A DNA stretch of 27,669 nucleotides from Candidatus Micrarchaeota archaeon. Its GTDB lineage: Archaea > Micrarchaeota > Micrarchaeia > Anstonellales > Bilamarchaeaceae. The position numbers were made by a program, and so were the translations under genes. Each line of letters begins with the position of its first letter. Position 1 is the first letter of the stretch. The stretch is taken from NCBI GenBank assembly GCA_043816005.1, contig JBDRIM010000001.1, forward strand, positions 1 through 27,669, given 5' to 3'. Positions 24,681-27,669 of this stretch are shown here, one piece after another. The notes under the pieces are model-generated. The model was given only the letters and a program-made list of their open reading frames with translations. It did no database searches and was not told the origin of the DNA.

Positions 24681-25520
24681 ATGAAAGAATGTTGTGAAGG
24701 TGGAGATGTCGTTCAAGGACACGGTAAAATGAGCACGATGTTTGTATTATCCGCTCTCTTACTTGCTTTAGGGATGATTGGTGGGGGTTATATGCTCTCA
24801 AAAGGTGATTATTCACCAAATATTTATTCATCTGCTACGCCAAATGAACATGATATAACAGTATCTGCTACTGCTACAAAAAAGGTGGCACCAGATTTAC
24901 TTCAAATACGAATGTCAGTAGAAACAGAAGCAGTTAATGCTAATGATGCACAGGCACAAAATGCACAAGTTACAAACGAACTTTTTACCAAATTGAAAAA
25001 TTTAGGAATACCAGAGGATAAGATTCAGACGGTTTCTTATCGTGTTGATACAGTACAAGAAAGCAACCGAACATGTGATGCTAATGGATATAACTGTCGC
25101 TGGACCTACAAAAATGTTGGGTATAAAGTAACTCACCGAGTTGATGTTGAAGTAGAGCAATTAGATAAAGGTGGTTCGGTTATTGATGCTGCATCTTCAA
25201 CTGGAGTTAACCAAACATTTGTTGATTCTGTTTATTATACATTAAAAGAAACAACAAGAAGTGAATTGGCAAAAACTTTATTACAGGAAGCTTCTGCTGC
25301 AGCAAAAGCAAAGGCACAGAGAATAGCTGATGGGCTTGGAATTTCACTTGGAAAAGTTTTATCTGCAAGTGAATCTTATGTGAGTCCATATTATTCAAAT
25401 AGCTATAAGAGTTTGACATATGCTGCTGAAGATATGGCAGGTGCAAGCGAAACAGTACTATCTCCTGGTGAGGTAGATATGAGTGCATCTGTAAGCGTTG
25501 CATACGAAGTTAGCAACTAG
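24681..25520 (+). CDS. SIMPL (DUF541/BP26) domain protein
   Basis: ITVSATATKKVAPD, AKAKAQRIADGLGISLGKV, LSPGEVDMSASVSVAY; N-terminal TM; SD GAGGTG. Confidence 0.93.
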   Translation: MKECCEGGDVVQGHGKMSTMFVLSALLLALGMIGGGYMLSKGDYSPNIYSSATPNEHDITVSATATKKVAPDLLQIRMSVETEAVNANDAQAQNAQVTNELFTKLKNLGIPEDKIQTVSYRVDTVQESNRTCDANGYNCRWTYKNVGYKVTHRVDVEVEQLDKGGSVIDAASSTGVNQTFVDSVYYTLKETTRSELAKTLLQEASAAAKAKAQRIADGLGISLGKVLSASESYVSPYYSNSYKSLTYAAEDMAGASETVLSPGEVDMSASVSVAYEVSN

Positions 25521-25545
25521 TTTTTATTTTTTCTTTTCTTTATTT
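25521..25545 (+). terminator. Oligo-T tract, possible archaeal terminator
   Basis: T-rich tract (TTTTTATTTTTTCTTTTCTTT) immediately after the SIMPL stop. Confidence 0.4.
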
Positions 25546-25549
25546 AGAC

Positions 25550-26008
25550 ATGAATTGGCGTTCCCATGCCATAATAGGCGCAATATGTGCAGTTTTAGTC
25601 CTATATGCATTAGGTACACGAGAGATAGTTGAATTTGGTTTAATTGCGATTTTAGGTGCATTAAGTGCTCTTGCACCAGATTTAGACCATGATATGAGCA
25701 AAGGACGAAAAATTTTAGATGTTGGAGTTGTTATTTTTAGTTTAGCGATATTGTATTTGTCAACATGTAAAGGTACATTTTGTGTTCCAACTTTTTCGAT
25801 GTTTATTATTTGGTTGGGAATTTTAGGAGTTTATTTTTTATTGTTCAGATTTTTCAAGCCACACCATCGTGGAATCACCCATACAATTGTAGCTGCTGTT
25901 GTTTTTGGAGTGATCTTATATTTGCTGCTTGATTTGAAATTTGCACTTGTAGGCCTTGTTGGATATCTATCTCATTTACTTGCTGACAAAGTGATTAAAT
26001 TAATCTAA
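25550..26008 (+). CDS. Membrane-bound metal-dependent hydrolase (YdjM-like)
   Basis: H near the N-terminus, PDLDH, HRGITH and GYLSHLLAD motifs; multiple TM. Confidence 0.92.
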   Translation: MNWRSHAIIGAICAVLVLYALGTREIVEFGLIAILGALSALAPDLDHDMSKGRKILDVGVVIFSLAILYLSTCKGTFCVPTFSMFIIWLGILGVYFLLFRFFKPHHRGITHTIVAAVVFGVILYLLLDLKFALVGLVGYLSHLLADKVIKLI

Positions 26009-26376
26009 ATAGAAGCTTCCTTCTTCACTTCGCATCGTATATTAATTGATTTTTCCAGCCTGTTTTCTATTACCCCATCTTTATTGAAAGAGTAAACAGT
26101 AACATTGCATTTGTACATTTTAGGATTAGTAAACGTTGTACTGTATACCCTAACTGATTTTTCGAGAAATTCGCTTTTTCCAACTATGCCAATCCTAACC
26201 CTTCCTTTCCTAAGCGGATTGTGTGGACTAAGAGAGATGTGCTCTGGGGTAGATAAATCAGCCTCAACCCAAACTGAGTGATCTTTTGGATTTTCAATTC
26301 GTAAAATTACCTCTACATAATGGTTGGAATAACCAAATAAAACGTCTGGATGGTAACGGATAGTGAAATTGACCAC
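26005..26376 (-). CDS. Hypothetical beta-sandwich-like protein
   Basis: Probable GTG start at 26376, which avoids overlap with the divergent gene; alternating beta-strand pattern. Confidence 0.7.
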   Translation of the reverse strand: MVNFTIRYHPDVLFGYSNHYVEVILRIENPKDHSVWVEADLSTPEHISLSPHNPLRKGRVRIGIVGKSEFLEKSVRVYSTTFTNPKMYKCNVTVYSFNKDGVIENRLEKSINIRCEVKKEASI

Positions 26377-26426
26377 GAAGGTACTTACACAACTATTATT
26401 ATAATCTTTCTCATAGAAATCGAACC

Positions 26427-26879
26427 ATGATTCCTGAATCAAAGCTCATACGATCAGAGCTAACGATAAGAGAACTTGCTCTCCCTGAAGAAGTGATATT
26501 AGCACGAAAATCGCTTGTTAGGTGGATTGCACTTTCACTTGGACTTATAATGCCAAATGAAAGCAGAAAACTTTTGTTTGATATTCTCGAGGTACTTATT
26601 GAACTCCATATAAAAAACGAGGCACCAACAACAAAAGATATAATTTCACAGCTTGAACATAATACAAAGGAAAAACAAAATCCAAAAGCAGTATACTACC
26701 ATCTCCAGAAACTTAAAAACTTTGGCGTTTTATCAAGAAAAAAAGGAAGGTACGCATTAGGTGATGGGGAGACAAGGAATCTTAGAGAAATTTTCAAGAA
26801 TTTCTACTTGAAAAAAGCGGATATTGCATTTGTCAACATAGCAACGGCATTGGATAAATTAGAAAAGAACTATAGGTAG
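26427..26879 (+). CDS. Winged-helix (ArsR-like) DNA-binding protein
   Basis: TTKDII...PKAVYYHLQKLKNFGVLSRKKGRY wHTH pattern. Confidence 0.8.
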   Translation: MIPESKLIRSELTIRELALPEEVILARKSLVRWIALSLGLIMPNESRKLLFDILEVLIELHIKNEAPTTKDIISQLEHNTKEKQNPKAVYYHLQKLKNFGVLSRKKGRYALGDGETRNLREIFKNFYLKKADIAFVNIATALDKLEKNYR

Positions 26880-26884
26880 ATTAT

Positions 26885-27669
26885 ATGGACGAACTTTCAG
26901 GATTTTATAAATTAAGTATAGATGAACGTTTGGCAAAAATTAAGAAGATCGTCGGATTAACTGACGAAGAAACAAAATTATTAACTGAGAGTGGGGCACT
27001 TAAACTTGACCGCGCAGACAAAATAGTTGAAAATGTCATAGGTGCAGTTCATATTCCACTTGGGCTTGGTCTTAATTTTGTCATCAATGGGAAACAGATA
27101 CTTATACCAATGGCAGTTGAAGAACCATCAGTTATAGCAGCTGCATGCAAAGCAGCAAAGCTTACTTTACCAGATGGATTCAAAGCAGAAGCAGACGAAT
27201 CAATTATGTTTGGGCAGATACAACTTGTAAATATTAAAGATATGGAACAAGCAATCAAGAATATTGAATTAAACAGGAAAAAAATAATGGATATTGCTCA
27301 TGAATATATGAAACCACATGAAAGATTTGGATGTGGAGCACGTGATTTCGAAATAAAAAAATTCAATACTAGTCGTGGGGATATGGTGGTGCTGGATTTT
27401 TCTATTGCAGTTGGTGATGCTCAAGGAGCAAACATGGTAAACACTGTATTAGAAAATGTTTCACCAGTACTTGCCCAACTCACTGGTGCAAAAGTACGTC
27501 TTAGAATTATAAGCAATCTTGCAACAAAAAGAAAAACTAGAGCCACAGCAGTATGGAAAAAAGAGATTATTGGGGAAGAAGCAATTGAAGGCGTTCTTGA
27601 TGCATACGAATTTGCAAAAGTAGATGTTTATCGCTGTGCTACTCACAATAAAGGCATAATGAATGGAAT
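26885..27669 (+). CDS. mvaA: Hydroxymethylglutaryl-CoA reductase, class II (3'-truncated by the window; absent from the ORF track)
   Basis: Manual translation: MDELSGFYKLSIDER, ENVIG, PMAVEEPSVIAA, GDAQGANMVN, LRIISNL, THNKGIMNG. Confidence 0.95.
   Translation, partial: MDELSGFYKLSIDERLAKIKKIVGLTDEETKLLTESGALKLDRADKIVENVIGAVHIPLGLGLNFVINGKQILIPMAVEEPSVIAAACKAAKLTLPDGFKAEADESIMFGQIQLVNIKDMEQAIKNIELNRKKIMDIAHEYMKPHERFGCGARDFEIKKFNTSRGDMVVLDFSIAVGDAQGANMVNTVLENVSPVLAQLTGAKVRLRIISNLATKRKTRATAVWKKEIIGEEAIEGVLDAYEFAKVDVYRCATHNKGIMNG

Noticed and set aside
1..27669. CRISPR array, transposase, integrase or defence island
   Set aside because: No regularly spaced direct repeats or recognisable mobile or defence genes were seen

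Overview
AT-rich archaeal chromosomal segment. It shows archaeal 23S rRNA, GGTGA/GAGGTG Shine-Dalgarno motifs, TTTATAAA-type TATA boxes, eL15, Dph2, Rpp30 and an A-type ATP synthase. The divergent rRNA and many ORFans suggest a DPANN lineage such as Micrarchaeota, which is inference only. In order, the window holds: the 3' end of a 23S rRNA gene with no linked 5S and a structured trailer; two ORFans; a minus-strand GIDE-domain/LemA/membrane-protein operon; ppsA followed by a C-terminally anchored surface protein and a ~977-aa clostripain-family lipoprotein; an AbrB-PhoU regulator; dph2; purC; a short Rpp30 and rpl15e; a complete A1Ao ATP synthase operon (H-I-K-E-C-F-A-B-D); a flavin reductase; a Cys-rich modular lipoprotein; a SIMPL protein; a YdjM-like hydrolase; a wHTH regulator; and a class II HMG-CoA reductase cut by the window end. 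No CRISPR array, tRNA or transposase was found. The most notable signals are non-canonical peptidyl-transferase-centre bases in the 23S rRNA, back-to-back hairpin clusters in intergenic spacers (several centred on GATGC/ATGCA), a structured ppsA leader, a 15-codon ORF with its own SD between atpA and atpB, and a set of unusual surface proteins. All structures were folded by eye and all family assignments are from motif recognition, not database searches.
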